64,000 bases of DNA from Tubulanus polymorphus (GCF_964204645.1 NC_134027.1:22158560-22222559); one strand, 5' to 3'. Shown: positions 40,001 through 52,525, counted from the stretch's first letter. A program made the numbers and translations. The notes: a model not told the origin generated them from the letters alone.

Positions 40001-43000
40001 ATTGAGATGTAGTTTCCAGGTAATAAAGACAAAATCTTGAAGAATTATGTGCTTTCTGTTTAAAATCATCTAGCTTGTCTTGTAAGAAAGTGCCCTTTTC
40101 TACTTTGGGCATGAAAAAAAGGCACAAGATTTTTGCAACGGTAGCACGTGCCTAGGGCGCTACCGTCTGAATCCGCGCCTGAAATATTACATAAATCGTG
40201 CTCGTAATTAATAATCTATTCAAGTTCCATAATATTACTAATGTACACATGAACAGTTGTTTTGGTTTTTAGATCCGGACTCGGGGTTTCCTTGCCAAGA
40301 ACCTCATTTCTCAGCCTCCTAATGACCCCCAGCACAATCGAGTCGATCCAATTTTCTCTGGGATCAATTTTTTTTGGATATTTAGCTTAATATATTGAAC
40401 ACATACCTCGAATTTGTCATAATACGACCAGTGAAACTGTGCAGTCTGAATAAATCATTGTTTTTACATACATTCTACTCTCTATTAAAGGATTGCCTTA
40501 TCAAAGGACGACCTTCAATATTCACAAGTTTATTCGCCATTCTTGCAAATTCATTTGTAATAGGCCTATACTCCTTTTATTTTATTTGACATGCTTTTTC
40601 AGTGACATGCGCGTGTTTTCTCCGTCTTGATTCGATAAGAATCCTACAGATTAACACGCTCAAATGCGTATGTAACACATAGACGGAAACTGTTTGATTT
40701 CACGTGCAATCCAGCAATGTCAATAAATGTCCCTGATTTTAAGCGTTTTTTTCAAAACTCCCTGACTTTTTTCTAAGGCAAAAAAAAATGGCAGGACCTG
40801 GTTCCACAGTTGTGAGTTAGAGTTAACTCCGAGTTTAAACTAGGTCGTTTTCAATGAGTTGACTCGGAGTCAAATCTTAACACAGAACTGTGGACAACTG
40901 GGTCCAGAATTTTCCTTGATTTCCAGGTAAGTGGCCACCCTGTCTTCTGTTCCTGATTCGTTCATCTCACTTGAGGAAATCCGATGCCTATTGTGACATT
41001 CGATATATATCTATCAATCTCATGTCATACGGGAAGAGATAATCATGTAATAAATCGACATTTTTCTTTTTTCGAAATTGATATGCTGTCGCAATTATCA
41101 GCCTTTAGCGAACGAACTTTGCGCCGCCGTGAAAAATATCAAGCATGAACTGATATTTGGCAAGTACGGCGACTTTTTTTTTACAGCCTGAAGTTCACAT
41201 TCTATCCTGGCTGTTCATATTGCACATACGTGCAATAATCGGGCAAAAATCAACCCATGTCTCTTTATCAAGGAACATTCAAAATTGTATGTGTTCTATT
41301 ATCAAAATTTAGTAGTTACATTCAGTGTTTTCCATATGCTGGAATTTTATAAAGGGAGCTGCATCCATTGTTAAGTAATGGCTGCTGAAATAGCAAGGCT
41401 TTCGATCCCCACCAAAAATACAGACAATAAAGCTTACTTTTTGATGTGATCTTCTATTTCTGGTAAGGGCAGCAGATATTTTTTCATAAGAGGTAGCTGA
41501 TTTTAGAAGGGTTGATTTAAAAATGAAAGGGGTGGTCACCCCTCTTAAACCAGTCGTTGAACACACAACTATATCTGTACTTCGATTTCCGATTTCAAAA
41601 CTAAACCCCCTGTTTCGCTCCCGGCAGGTGTGGTGGGTCCGTAAGGGACTCAAAAAATCAAACGAAATTTACCAACCAAATAAATAACAGGGACAATCCC
41701 TATTTTAAGATCAAAACCAGTCGTTGAGACCATTGACCTTCATCGCAATTGCTATGCAGAGCTAATATGAGTTGACTGCAACCATAGCCGCGATTACACA
41801 AGCATTTTGCTGAATTAAACCAGGAACAACCGTTCACACGGGTATCACATAGGTCTGTTCCTATTTCACCCAACCAAAAATGTCGGACCAGGTCAGAGCC
41901 AAATTTTAGCAGAGTCAAATTATTACATGTGAATTGCAACTGAATTGCCCCTGGTTCTGGAAGTGACTCGCTTTTTAAGCATTGTTTAGCATAGATTATA
42001 AAATGAGTGGTTTACATGTGAATGCGCTCTCTAATTAGCCACAGGCCAAATTTTACCCGGGCCTGATTTGTGCCAATATTATGAACTAATTATAACTGAA
42101 TTATTATGAACCTTTACATCAGAGTCGTCCAAAGTTGTGAACTGCTGTGGATGGATGGATAGTTCAACTAAAGTTTTATTTACGCTAAACAAACCCTGAA
42201 TTGATTCAAAATATTTACCTTCGAATTCGATAGCATGTAGAGACTGGAAGCATTGTTGTGCGTGGAGAACGCCATATCCTTGGAGATAGGTTCCGTAGTA
42301 ACGGGAATATTAGCGAACATAGTTCCGGCTCTTGTCTGATAACCTCCCAGAAAATACTGTAAACAAACAAACATAGGTCCGTTTTATGAAGGCTGCTATT
42401 GAATTTTCGAAGGAAAATTCATTTAGGCATGAAAGCCTTATCTAAAGGTGTCAAAATATGAATATCTAACTCAAATACTGATTCAGGGTCCCGACCCATC
42501 AATTATTCCTGGATATAAGGATTTTCGAGCAGAAAATTTCAAGGACGTGTCTGCATTACTTTCATATCCAAATTACTGTAGACTCCTCCTAAATCAGTAC
42601 TGTTTATCGCGGTAAACTGTTAATTCAGTGATTTTGTAAGCAAACTTTTATCCCTTATACCACTAAACTTGGTTTCTAATTCCGTAAACGCCGAATTGGG
42701 TAAAAACAAATCCTGGTCCCAACTGTACCGATTAAGGAGTAAATTGTGATGAAAGGACAAAAAACCACAAAACACGAAACCCTGCCAGCTTGATTAAATT
42801 GCCATTGTTGCCTAAGACCAACTAATAATTCCCTGAACCAGGTTCGGGCTGGGAGAGTCAAAAGGCCCAAACAATCGGACCCTGCATGCTAAACTCATCA
42901 ATATTCGTGTAAATTAAAAGGTAGATTGACCCATAAAATTGGAGCAAAAGTTAATTCCCTTACCTTAAGAACACGACCGGTTTTGGTTCCTAGAATACCA

Positions 43001-44822
43001 ATGACGTAATCTTTATATTCTATGACATGTATCGCCGTAAAAACAAGCTTTTGAGCGTATTGAACGTGGCTGATGTATGGACGGTCACTGCCAACTCCTG
43101 AATTCCTTAACGATCCTTTACAGTAAACATTATCGTTTGAAAAATCCTGAAAACAAAAAAAAAACGCTGAAAATTTCACTTTCAAATGCAACTGGGAAAA
43201 AGATATACTGGATTAGAAGGTGACACCAAGGGAAGTAACAAATCAATGAATGAAGCCATGAATCTGGGCTGGGTGCAGAGCCGAATATAACCCCCCAACC
43301 TTTGTTACCAGTTCAAACCCACATCCGCGGAACTGGGTCAACTCCAGACATCAGTGAAAGTTGAACCAAAGATAGAACTTGCTCCAGAAACTGAGGGCTT
43401 ACAGCGGCTTAAAGCCCATAACTGCGAAACTGGGTCCAGAGTCGATTTGATAAAACAACTGTGCAGGGGTGCGGAGTTAATCAAATCCTCAACTGTACAT
43501 TCAAGGTCCAGAATTGACCGTGAACTAACAACTTTAGAACGAGGCATGTGAATAACAAAATCCCCAAACCAGTAGAACTGGGTCCATAGTCAATTCAAAT
43601 GCATCCCTTTGGAATCCCAAACCCGTTGTTTTAAGTAAAAATTCAACCACACTCTAATGGCCATCATCGAGCATAGTGAGAACGCAGCATTCTTTCAACT
43701 TACCAGCCCCATTTCATATTCGCAAGCCGGTTTCGTATCCCAGATCCAACGAAGACGGTGCCCGATCGCGCTGTAGCAGTCTTCCTGTACCGTTCGAAAC
43801 GCTTTGTCAACGCTAACCATGGAGAATGCGCAAATCACGGATCCAGCCGACTCGTCCAACTCCTTCGACAACAAACTCTTACCTTTACCGAACGTCACGT
43901 ACAGTTCGTTTTTATGAACGTAGGCGGCGGTGGCGACGTTGTAGTCGCCGTTCGTGCATTGTATCGGTAATTCCGTATACGATATATAATTCAGATCTTG
44001 CACGCACGTGCGGATCAGTCGACTGCCGTACTGCTGATAGCCGCTCGTCGAGTTGCGCTGAATCGCCAGGTAATAAACGAACCCGGCGTACTCGAATCCG
44101 TAAATGTAGTCGACGATGTACGACGTTTTGTACGAGCGGTTGATGTCGATCAGCGAATACTTCTTCTTGTAGTCGTCGAATCGGGTGTACGCGATGTAGT
44201 ACGCGTCGGTCGTCTGGTTGTAGAGCAGACGTCGCGACGACACGGCGTGCGAGTTGTAGCGCAGGTCGCGTCGGTCGTACGAGTTGGCCACGTGCAGGAT
44301 GTTCGCGCGGCCGTACTGCGATACGAGCTGGTTGAAAAACGCAACCACCGTGCCCGCGCCGCCGACGTACTGTGCGTTGTATCGGCCGCCGATCGACCGC
44401 GACCGCGCGACGTCGTCGAGCGTGTGGCCCGTGCAACGACCTTGACCGACCGAGCCGCAGTAGAGCAGCAGACGCGTGTCGTCGTCGATTTCAAGCACTT
44501 TCGCGACGTTGTCCGCGCGCATTCGGCCGTACGCGCACCGCGCGGGCGCCGGCGGACACTTGCGGTTGTCGTCAACCGGGCCGCTCGCGAACGCCTTCGC
44601 GATTGTCAAGTTACGCGCGAACAACTGAAACAATCGGTTGTCGCCGGCGACGTAGACGTATTCGACGCCGTTTTTCAATGTCGTCACGGTGACCTGTCGG
44701 AAGTTCGTACCGCCGTTCGGCTGAGCGAATCTGATATGGTCGTCGATAGTTGAGCTTGTGCTTATCAGTAGCGACAAGGTTAAGAACGAAATGATGATAA
44801 TCCTAGTCTCTGTAAACTTCAT
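14089..44822 (-). CDS. MET: Hepatocyte growth factor receptor-like (MET/RON family) receptor tyrosine kinase, about 1382 aa, 19 coding exons
   Basis: Minus-strand exons, all GT-AG and phase-consistent, 4149 nt in total: 43704-44822, 42964-43146, 42219-42356 (signal peptide + Sema); 30255-30419 (PSI, CGECV..CGWC); 29382-29527, 28310-28448, 27492-27628, 26521-26805, 26218-26335, 25257-25526, 23920-24078 (IPT repeats, GP.xGGT); 21827-22076 (TM + RQRRR); 18629-18772, 18172-18255 (GQGHFG, VALK); 17846-18030 ([23 protein letters not shown]); 16963-17072 (HRDLAARN); 16104-16266 ([14 protein letters not shown]); 15112-15248; 14089-14305 (tail ATYYNV). The symbol denotes the family; probably co-orthologous to MET and MST1R. 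Confidence 0.93.
14591..15066. mobile_element. pogo/Tigger-like MITE
   Basis: TIRs cagtagactgtgcctaaac...gtttaggcagagtctactg followed by TA. Confidence 0.65.
15390..15576. mobile_element. Short pogo/Tc1-like MITE with internal gatataccgcc repeats
   Basis: agtcaacccccgatataccgccc...gggcggtatatcgggggttcactgTA inverted ends. Confidence 0.6.
17362..17683. repeat. Palindromic element made of two divergent tRNA-like (Pol III box A/B) heads
   Basis: Right arm agtctagtgtgg...GGTTCGAATTCCtgccaggggaggatg; left arm is its imperfect reverse complement (catcctccctaggcagggattcgaac...). Confidence 0.6.
21570..21768 (+). mobile_element. Penelope-like palindromic tail containing a minimal hammerhead ribozyme core
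   Basis: Near-perfect inverted arms of about 80 bp. Centre CTGATGA(21664)-t-ggctgaca/tgttagcc-GAAAC-GTC matches the hammerhead consensus CUGANGA...GAAA with a GUC triplet. Confidence 0.65.
22250..22490. repeat. About 150-bp tandem/dispersed repeat (gccccc.gg...tgaccttgaaact...ctacaattttgc), possibly a Helitron/Helentron internal repeat
   Basis: About 1.6 tandem units here; further copies at about 17205-17345 and 17700-17830, and a fragment at about 18440-18490. Confidence 0.55.
22511..23008. mobile_element. Foldback/MITE A, about 500-bp near-complete palindrome
   Basis: TA-ATGTCTATTTCAACCTGACTTGAGAGCATTCCGG...CCGGAATGCTCTCAAGTCAGGTTGAAATAGACAT-TA; arms pair in to the centre at about 22750-22766. 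Confidence 0.85.
23007..23552. mobile_element. Foldback/MITE B, about 545-bp near-complete palindrome
   Basis: TA-ATGTCTATTTATTAATTGATGAGACCTGTTTT...AAAACAGGTCTCATCAATTAATAAATAGACAT-TA; arms of about 240 bp with very few mismatches. Confidence 0.85.
24211..24916. mobile_element. Non-autonomous DNA transposon (hAT-like ends)
   Basis: TIR CAGACCTGCCAA...TTGGCAGGTCTG, AT-rich aataaa flanks, internal cgtaac subrepeats. Confidence 0.65.
24918..25216 (-). mobile_element. Full-length tRNA-derived SINE
   Basis: Minus strand: box A TGGCCGAGCGG, box B GGTTCGAACCC, central ctctccacccaggagtaaatgggtacc block (resembles conserved metazoan SINE core domains), 3' agcgctttataa plus (TAT)n tail. Confidence 0.8.
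25581..25907 (+). mobile_element. piggyBac-type MITE (TTAA target site)
   Basis: TTAA-CCCTTTCA...TGAAAGGG-TTAA. Confidence 0.8.
27848..28143 (-). mobile_element. piggyBac-type MITE (TTAA target site), opposite orientation
   Basis: TTAA-CCCTTTCAGT...ACTGAAAGGG-TTAA; reverse complement of 56042-56330. Confidence 0.85.
29065..29350. repeat. Purine-rich (GA/GGGA) low-complexity tract
   Basis: Almost exclusively G/A on the + strand; explains the spurious ORFs here. Confidence 0.8.
29759..30075. mobile_element. PIF/Harbinger-like MITE
   Basis: Inverted ends aagcc..gacacactgggcgatttcgtcggccga / gccgacgaaatcgcctagtgtgtc..ggctt with TAA flanks; internal ggcgatt repeats. Confidence 0.7.
34938..35889 (+). 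mobile_element. Harbinger-derived element with a decayed MADF/Myb-SANT domain
   Basis: Subterminal inverted repeat gctggcttatgtcgacaagcaacgcga / tcgcgttgcttgtcgacataagccagc; right end ...accggcccc; 35313-35430 reads [19 protein letters not shown]-(frameshift)[20 protein letters not shown]. Confidence 0.65.
36956..37013. repeat. (TA)n microsatellite
   Basis: Perfect TA run of roughly 29 units. Confidence 0.95.
37098..37193 (-). CDS. Candidate alternative first coding exon (signal-peptide-like) inside the large intron of the MET-like gene
   Basis: gcacgATG at 37193 encodes [32 protein letters not shown] and ends at a phase-0 donor ATT|GTGAGT matching the phase-0 PSI exon; upstream acceptor tcttccag at 37236. 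No transcript evidence. Confidence 0.45.
38154..38546. mobile_element. Three tandem copies of a ~140-bp Harbinger-like MITE
   Basis: Units ggggccagttg..tagtcgtgacttaagtcc...ccatgactatgcaacc.g.ccc joined at CAG/CTG triplets; relatives at about 30850-31055 and 34175-34300. Confidence 0.75.
40794..40905. mobile_element. Short Harbinger-like palindromic MITE
   Basis: ggacctggttccacagtt...aactgtggacaactgggtcc with CAG at both junctions. Confidence 0.6.
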
Positions 44823-47800
44823 TTTGCCTCCAGTTACTTTTCATTCATCTAGAAATTACAAAGAAAATTCATAGATAGTAATACAGGCTAGAACTTGCTA
44901 AATCCGGATTTTTAATCTTTAATTGATATTTGGTCCATTTAACCTGGAACCATGTAAACTATAATTCATAATTCCGATTTTACTTAATTCCTAGAAATCT
45001 GTGCAGTACCTAGTCATTTGAATTCAGTGAGTTCTACTGTACAGTAACCGTCGCCTAACTCGGACAAACTAGGACCAGCAAAATTTGTCTGAGCTAAGCT
45101 GAGTTAAAAACACGAAAAATAGGAAGTTAGAAAATGATTTCCTTTTTGTCCGAGTTGGTCATGTCTGAATAAGGCGAGGTTTCCTGTACATACGTACATG
45201 GAAAATGAAATGGAGTCCTTGGCAGGACTAATGAACCTAAGTGGATGTGGAGACATATTTCATTTTACTGTAAAAAAACCACACTATAGAAAAAAAACCT
45301 ACATCTATATAAATAATACGCATGAATCAGATTTAATCAATATCTTTTATGACAAACACTTGCTCCACCACTTTGTTCAGGTTAGTGAAATTTGTGTACG
45401 AAAGTAAAACCATTAAATCTTTGTTGTGTTTGTCTGTTTTATCCTTATTGTGCTTATCCCTAGAAAATCTTTGATTCTATTTGAATATGTATCAGTGTCC
45501 CATCGCAATACTTAATTTGCATCCTACACTGAGTCCAGGATTCCAAGTCGAAGATTACTTTGGCTTGATAAGGCCAGGAACCATCCTTGCTGACGGGAAC
45601 CCATTGGCTTTCGAAAATATTCCGGAGACTTTTCAAAATGTTTTGAGGATTTTGATTTAGAGTTATTTCTCAAGTTAAGAGATTTGATGTCATTGAATTT
45701 ACTAATCAAGGAGTAGTATGAAGAACCCTTTAGATCGATTAAGAAGTCCAGGATAAAAAAATGTCATATCTCAGATCATAGTTTTTCGAATATGTCAATT
45801 TTCAATTAATATGTAGTAATCAAAAATTTTCATATTCATGTTCATTATTTGAGAAAATAAATTCAATGGTCTTATCAACCCGGTGAAAGAAGAAATGAAG
45901 GAGAGGCTTCCATTTTATTATGGGTTGAAATATACCAAATATGAAACGAATGACGTAAGCAATGCCAAATATGTGCCCCACTTGATGTCATTATCATCTG
46001 ACCCCCTTCATTCATGATGCCATGTACTGTTGCAGCTTGTCAAGGAAAATCGTAATGAAAAAGTACATAGGTCTGAAAAAAAACGAAAGTTAAACTACCT
46101 ATGTACAGTAGACTCCGCCCGAGTCAGATCCTATCAACACAGAAAATCGGATGTTTTCTTTTTAAATATCCTTTGGTGACACTATAAAATACATCTAACT
46201 CAGATATTACACTTTTTTATGGTCTAAAAAGGTCCGACTACGTATTCAAGGAACTCTTCATACCAGGTAATCCCCTTTATCTAAATTCTAAACCATACAA
46301 ACAGCGGACATCCTATACGTGACCATTCGACCTATCGAGATCTCAAGTATTCGAAATTTAAGGAATCCAGCAAAACTGATGTAAATTTGATAAAGCGAAA
46401 AAATCTACTTTGAATTCAAGCAAAATTTGATTGATAATTTTTCTTCTTCGTATGAACCTACCTAATTGCGCCTCAATCCACTTACGTATTGCGATCTATG
46501 ACACACGCGCGCATTCGTATATAGTTAGTACATGACGTACATACAAAGTCCTGTCAACAACCGGCGACAATGCCAGGTTTTATTTTACTACCGGATCCTA
46601 ATAGCTGTCATTCATAGAATTATACACTCCAGTTAAAGTAAAGGGGTATTCCCCTCAGTAAATTAATAGAACGCACAAAGATAACTTTGACTCATCGAAT
46701 TTAATGAGCCGCGATCTAAATGAATGAGGGCCATTTTCGACTAACGCCCAAGTCATGTCTGGTAGCAGTTGAAATATACATTTTTTTAACGCAAAAGATA
46801 ATAGAGATCGGCACGTGTGAATCATTGAAATATTCTTCTTGAAAATATAAACAATGAATGAAAAATTAATCACAAGAAAAAAATGTCTACAAATTAATGA
46901 ATGAATGAATGAACTACTAGTAGGGCCATAGAAGGCTGGCATACATTGAACGTCTAAGCGCTTTATCAGTTCATAACTACTTTATTGAAAATGCGATAAA
47001 AGAATACGAAATTATCTTTTTTGGCCTAAATAATTCACTTATTGACATGAAACGTCGTAATTTCTGCAATGCAAAACGTTTACCGTGTAAGAGTTCAGGG
47101 TTTTTGTCTTGCTATGTGCTATGTGCTAATGAGCAGGCTTTCTGTGTCGGGTTTAGGGTTCTTGTCTTGCTGTGGCACTTGCCTTTTAGAAAATTCATTT
47201 TCATATTTCTTTAGAATTGTCATTTAGAACTTACTATTCTTCTATATTACACCACCAATGTTTCGTTATAACTAAGATCGGAAAATTCATCAACCAACTC
47301 TGCCACAGCACCCAGCAATAGTTTAGGTGAACAAAAGGCCAGTCACTGTGTGTCTTGAGTAACCTGGCTCAATAAATTTTTTTCCCCTGATCTCCTACAT
47401 CTGGATGAGATCGCAATTTACCGCCAATATTCGAAATGACATCGGGAACGACAAGACAGCTTGTTTACGTTATACAGAATAAATTAGGACAACTCAGTGG
47501 GGAGTGCTGAATACCCAGTACAACAGAATGAACCTATCAGTTTAGTAAGCTGCTTATCTGTGGACCGAAAATACTTATTGATAGCAATGTTGATAAGTTT
47601 ATAGGTAAAACCATGGAATCTCAGTAGCCTTTACAAATTACATAACATACTAAACGCCTTTGGCCTCATTGAAATTTAGTCCTCAACAATGAAATGAAGG
47701 TTATCCCAAAAATAAACATTTCTTGAAAACTTAGCCTATAAGGACATGTATAAACATGCTTTCATGCTAGAGCCTTGAAAATTAAATAAAAGCTGCCGTT

Positions 47801-48681
47801 AATTGCAATAAATAGAAATCAAGAGCAGCTGCTTTTAACGGTTGTTTCAGCTTTTTCATTCATCAAAGAATTCATCAGTAAAAAAGTTAAGCTAGGACGA
47901 CGTTTCGCAAACAAAAACATAATTTGTTTCATGTCTTCGTTTCCACGCTTTTGCAGCTGGTAAAACAAACTGCTGCACCCTGTTAACCCGACCAGTCCCA
48001 ACGCCCCCCCCCCCAAGACAATACTGAAATCACAATTTACGTCGAAATTTGAAAATACTCTTTCAGCTAGGGCCTAACTAAACAGCCATCATCTGGAGCC
48101 AGTTTTATGGACTGGTAGCCTATCAACTTTAATACAGGGGCTTATTCAATTCTTTTTCAATTTAGTTAACCACCTGGTTAAAGATAATACAAGTCGATAA
48201 AACCGGGCCCTGCGGTGTGGTGAAATGAAATTTCAGGCCAATCCTACGTTATTAAGTTCGCTATAAGTAAAAGTAAATACAGTTATAAATAGCGAAGTCC
48301 AAAAAACTACCCTATTTACTCAAAAACAGAAAGAGAAATATTCTATAATTTTGACGAATGAATTTAAAGTTCAATACCATGGTAATGTAAACAAAAAATC
48401 AAAAGAAATCTACCAATCAAATAAATTGCAGGGTCAATCCTTTTTTTAAGATGAAAAAAAGTAATGGAAGTGAACTTATCATTCTTAACTCTTGAGTTAG
48501 GTTGAACTGGTGGGCCCTGGTGTTGAAATCAATATCAAAAGAATCTATCCATTCATTTTGCATGCAGATTTTTTCCTAATTAATCCGAGATTTTGAAACA
48601 CTTTTTAAAGGAGAAAGTCGAAACTTAATTTACATTTTACCATTGAATTATTATCGACTAAAAATTAAAAATCGAGCTTAC

Positions 48682-48830
48682 CTTTAAAACGAAGTATCAA
48701 AATACCAGGAAGGTTGAGAGAGAGCACGGGAACCAGAGACAGTTGAAGTTGTTTGCTCGTTGGTGGTTTACTGGTCTATAATAGACTGATTACACAGAAA
48801 CTAGGCAGCAATTATATAAACCCACCAATC
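48682..48830 (-). promoter_or_regulatory. Core promoter and non-coding first exon of the MET-like gene
   Basis: Minus strand: CCAAT box (48825-48829), TATATAAT starting at 48818, Inr TCAGTC with +1 A at 48787 (31 nt downstream), donor AAG|GTAAG after 48682; matching acceptor ttctag before 44848. Confidence 0.65.
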
Positions 48831-49341
48831 AGTGAGCAGAGATTGCTGTGATTTTCATCAACAGTTATCAGGGTCAGAGTACATTAGGCCGATGCCTGGT
48901 GCACAGCAGTAGTTACTATTTTTTCGTCAATGACCTTCATTTATCTTATCTACGTGGGATTTTGGTAGAGAATCCATTGCAGACAATCATCGCCAGGTGC
49001 TTGACCATTTGACAATAACCACCTGAGCATATAACTACATTTTTCAACAAGACAACCAAAAACATAAAATTCTAATTAGTCACAACTACCGGCAATAATA
49101 ATTGCCATAGGTTTTTTAGTTTTTTAATAGGCTTTTTAAACTACAGTTCTCGTTGATGGATTCGCCTCCCGGAATTCTGCAAAAAAACCATTCCCAAATT
49201 TAAAAAAAAAGTTTTAAATTTTGTTGTCTTATTTTCGATGGTGATTTGTAAAAAAATTGGTTTTCTTAGTTAGACCAACTTCAGGGTGTGCGCTTCTACA
49301 ACAAAAGGCCAAGATCAATCAATCTATCTGAACTCTTTTTT

Positions 49342-49504
49342 AGGGGCTCGTATCTGAGTTGTAGGTAATGTAAAAGTGATAAACTGTTAATCCAATGTCT
49401 ATAGTATATATAAAATAATAATTTCTTAGTTATTTTATATATACTATAGACATTGGATTAACAGATTATTGTCTTTACATTACCTACAACTTATATGAGC
49501 CCCT
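49342..49504. mobile_element. About 163-bp palindromic MITE
   Basis: aggggctc..gttgtaggtaatgtaaa..ttaatccaatgtctatagtatatataaaataa followed by its reverse-complement arm ending gagcccct. Confidence 0.75.
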
Positions 49505-50624
49505 CCCTGTTGTGGTACGGTAGGAACCAGCTGGGGTCTTCATATGATAGGGCCTAGACCAATCGATACAATTGATTTGTACAATAATTAGATTGACTAA
49601 AAGAAAGCTTCTTGCACTTACTTTTTGAAACGTTACTGTAATCATGGGCACTGCCGGTTGAAAGAATAGGCCGGGCCCCGGGTGTATAGACTAGTAGACG
49701 TCCTCGGCTCATCGCCTCACTCACTTCAAAAATCGTTTTCCTAGCGATGTCATTCCGCGTTAACCATCCATATTCTATCACCTATATGTTTCTAACCATA
49801 TTTGAGTCGCTAAAATTCCTGACTTCAAATAAATCGAAAAATACACGTGAAAACCTAGTTTATTTACTTCGAAAAAGTTAGGAAAAGTAAACAAACTTTT
49901 ATTTCCGGGATTGTTCTGAAATTCGCCGATAGGTCGCAGCAGCGGAAATAAAAACGCCGGGCACCATCATGAAGGGTCCATAGAAACCAAGACAACAAGA
50001 AATGTGACACTGATTAAGCGAAACAATTAGCAGAAAAATGATCTAGTTTTGATTCATTACTTCCAGAGCAATTTCATAATTTCTGGTTCAGGAAAGATGA
50101 ATATGCTAGGCTGATAAATATTATGAGAATCATTTCCACCATGACAATGCAAATCTTTGTGATTGGATTTTTTGTTTAACTGATAAAGCCCGGCCGTCCA
50201 CAGGGCCGCTTAAAATTCCGAATTTATTCCCAATATGAATTATGTGTAAATATTTTATCATCCAGATTTGAATTCATGTTCATAGCCAGTCCACCAGCTC
50301 GGTAAGCTCCTGTCCGTTCTCGAAAGTTTCCGAGTCGATCTTTACCCGAATAAAAACAAAGAATCTCGATATATTTTTTCGTCATCTTTAGTTCCAAGCT
50401 ACTTGATACATTTTTCAGTAATCTCGAATAATTTTAGTATAAATTATATATTGGGATTCCCTGCGTATTATGCAGCATGGACTCATGCACAATGCCGCCC
50501 TAACCGGCACGTGCGACCCCTTAAATTTGTTAAAGTGCTCTTCAATAAAGATTCTCATAAAAATACCGTCCGGCCCGCCACCAGCGCCCGCAAAATCCGA
50601 CGTCCCGTCCTGTAATGAATTAGG

Positions 50625-50795
50625 ATTTGAATCAATTGCCAAAGAGGCCGGTACGTTATATTGAATCAATTGCGAAAAAGGGGGCATTATATTGATTACC
50701 AAAAGGCATACGTTATATTGCCAAAAAGGGCATGTTATATTGTGAAAAAGGGCATGTTATATTGTCAAAAAGGCACGTTAATTTGCCAAAAATTC
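50625..50795 (+). repeat. About 22-bp minisatellite (ttgccaaaaagggcatgttata), likely internal to a DNA transposon
   Basis: Six to seven imperfect tandem units, with more degenerate copies to about 51060. Confidence 0.7.
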
Positions 50796-52525
50796 AGAAA
50801 AGGGTTCCAAAATAGTTTTAAAAATTCCTTGAATTAATCTCCAAACGTGAGGGCGCATTCAATCATTTTCAATCATATTACTGAAGTGCTCTAGACCCAA
50901 TGACTATCAGCACGTTCAATTTGATGAAAAATTCCAAAAGGCACATTGAATTGCCAAGGGCACGTTAAATTACCAAAAATTCAGAAAAGGGATAAAAAAA
51001 TAGTTGGCTCAAAACATGACTCCTCAATAACTGTCACAAAAAGGGCACTTTCAAATTGCAATAAATATTTAAAGTGGTATATTATTGCCTAAAATTCAGA
51101 CAAGGGTTTTTTTGCTATTCTCTTGCCTCAGGTGCTCTGATAGGGCTTCAAATTAAAAAAAAATATCTTGGGAGGGGCCCCGGCGTCGACACTTGCTCCA
51201 CGCGGCTATGACTAAACTACTCTGATGGAGCTGCATTATTTGGTGTTTCAATGAATTAGTATTCCCAAGACTATTAAGACACAGTCGAAACGCCTAACAA
51301 ATAAATATTAGCTCATTGTCCACTATTTTCGTGGGATTTTTGTTTATTTAAAGCCCAGTCAATTTGGGATTCGAACTAGTTAGTTACCTAATCGTTGGTG
51401 GTAAGCTTTTTATAATCGGATGAGCTTATACCAACGTTAGGGATGACAAGGACCAAAACACGGTTGAAAAAAGTAACACTTAAAAAATATACTTTCTATT
51501 CACTTCAGTCCACAATTAATGGCTTAATTCACAAACTTACACAGGTACCTTTCGAAATAATCCAATTTTATGAATGTTTCGAGTGGTTAATCAACATTAT
51601 TTTGAGAAATTAATTAATTTCTCCACCAATTTCGCCATTGGCCGCCATTTCTCTGTATTGCACATGTGGCATGATAAGACAAGGGGACCTACAAGGATTT
51701 ATATAAAACTTCCAAGACGAAACGACAATTTTTATTTTTGATGGTTTTCCAACTTATATTTCAAATCTTCGTGTTTTCCAAGATAAATAATAAAACAATA
51801 AATTTTTTGTAAACGCAAAATGGGAAAAAGTGTTGATTTCTTAATTTTTTCAATTTCGTCGTTTCGCTTCGTGAGTTTGTGCTGTTGTCCTGGCCTCAGT
51901 CCACAGGTGCCAGCACCTCCAGTAATTTTCAAAATGGCAGCTGTTGACTGGACGGAAATTTACTCTCACTTTACGGCTGATTTGCACATGGATTAAGATC
52001 GTCAGGTGAGGTGTTATAGGTATCAGACAAACTACGAATCTGTTGTGCGTCGATTACAACAAAAATTAGACGGATATCTTAAGAGACAATGAAATGCCAG
52101 GCAAATTACTCGTCAGTCAAATTGGCTGACGAAGATTTCATACAAAAATGACCTTCCCATTCCTGACTGTGGTTTGTGAAAATATCCGATCGTGAAACTA
52201 AACCACAGACAGGTTACTGACTAGATTCGAACCTGATGGCGCTTGCTCGGGTGTATACAAACTAAGACGCGCATACTGTAAATGACGCCGCGTACCACAG
52301 AGACGCGCTAAATTCATTTCCGGGTTGCTGTCATCCAATTTTCAAAGCCCTGTGCTGTTTGAAGTCTTCCTACGGCTGAATACAGTTTTATGAGCATGCA
52401 ATGGACAGAATTGTAGAAGTCCAAGAAGAAAACAACACTTTATTGATTGATGATGCAGTACCTAGTGAGCTCTTGTTTCTTTTGATTGAGATTGAGAAGA
52501 AGGCCGAAAAACATCACCACAACCA

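Noticed and set aside
43758-44753. Multiple long overlapping ORFs (105-251 aa) on both strands
   Set aside because: Shadows of the GC-rich Sema exon; stops are rare in the alternative frames and the translations are Arg/Thr/Val-rich with no domain pattern.
50625-50795. CRISPR-like short repeats
   Set aside because: Contiguous degenerate units without unique spacers, no cas genes, and a eukaryotic context.
51934-52005. Candidate first HAUS4 exon (aaaATGGCAGCT...CAG|GTGAGG)
   Set aside because: In-frame stop before the donor; no resemblance to the HAUS4 N-terminus.
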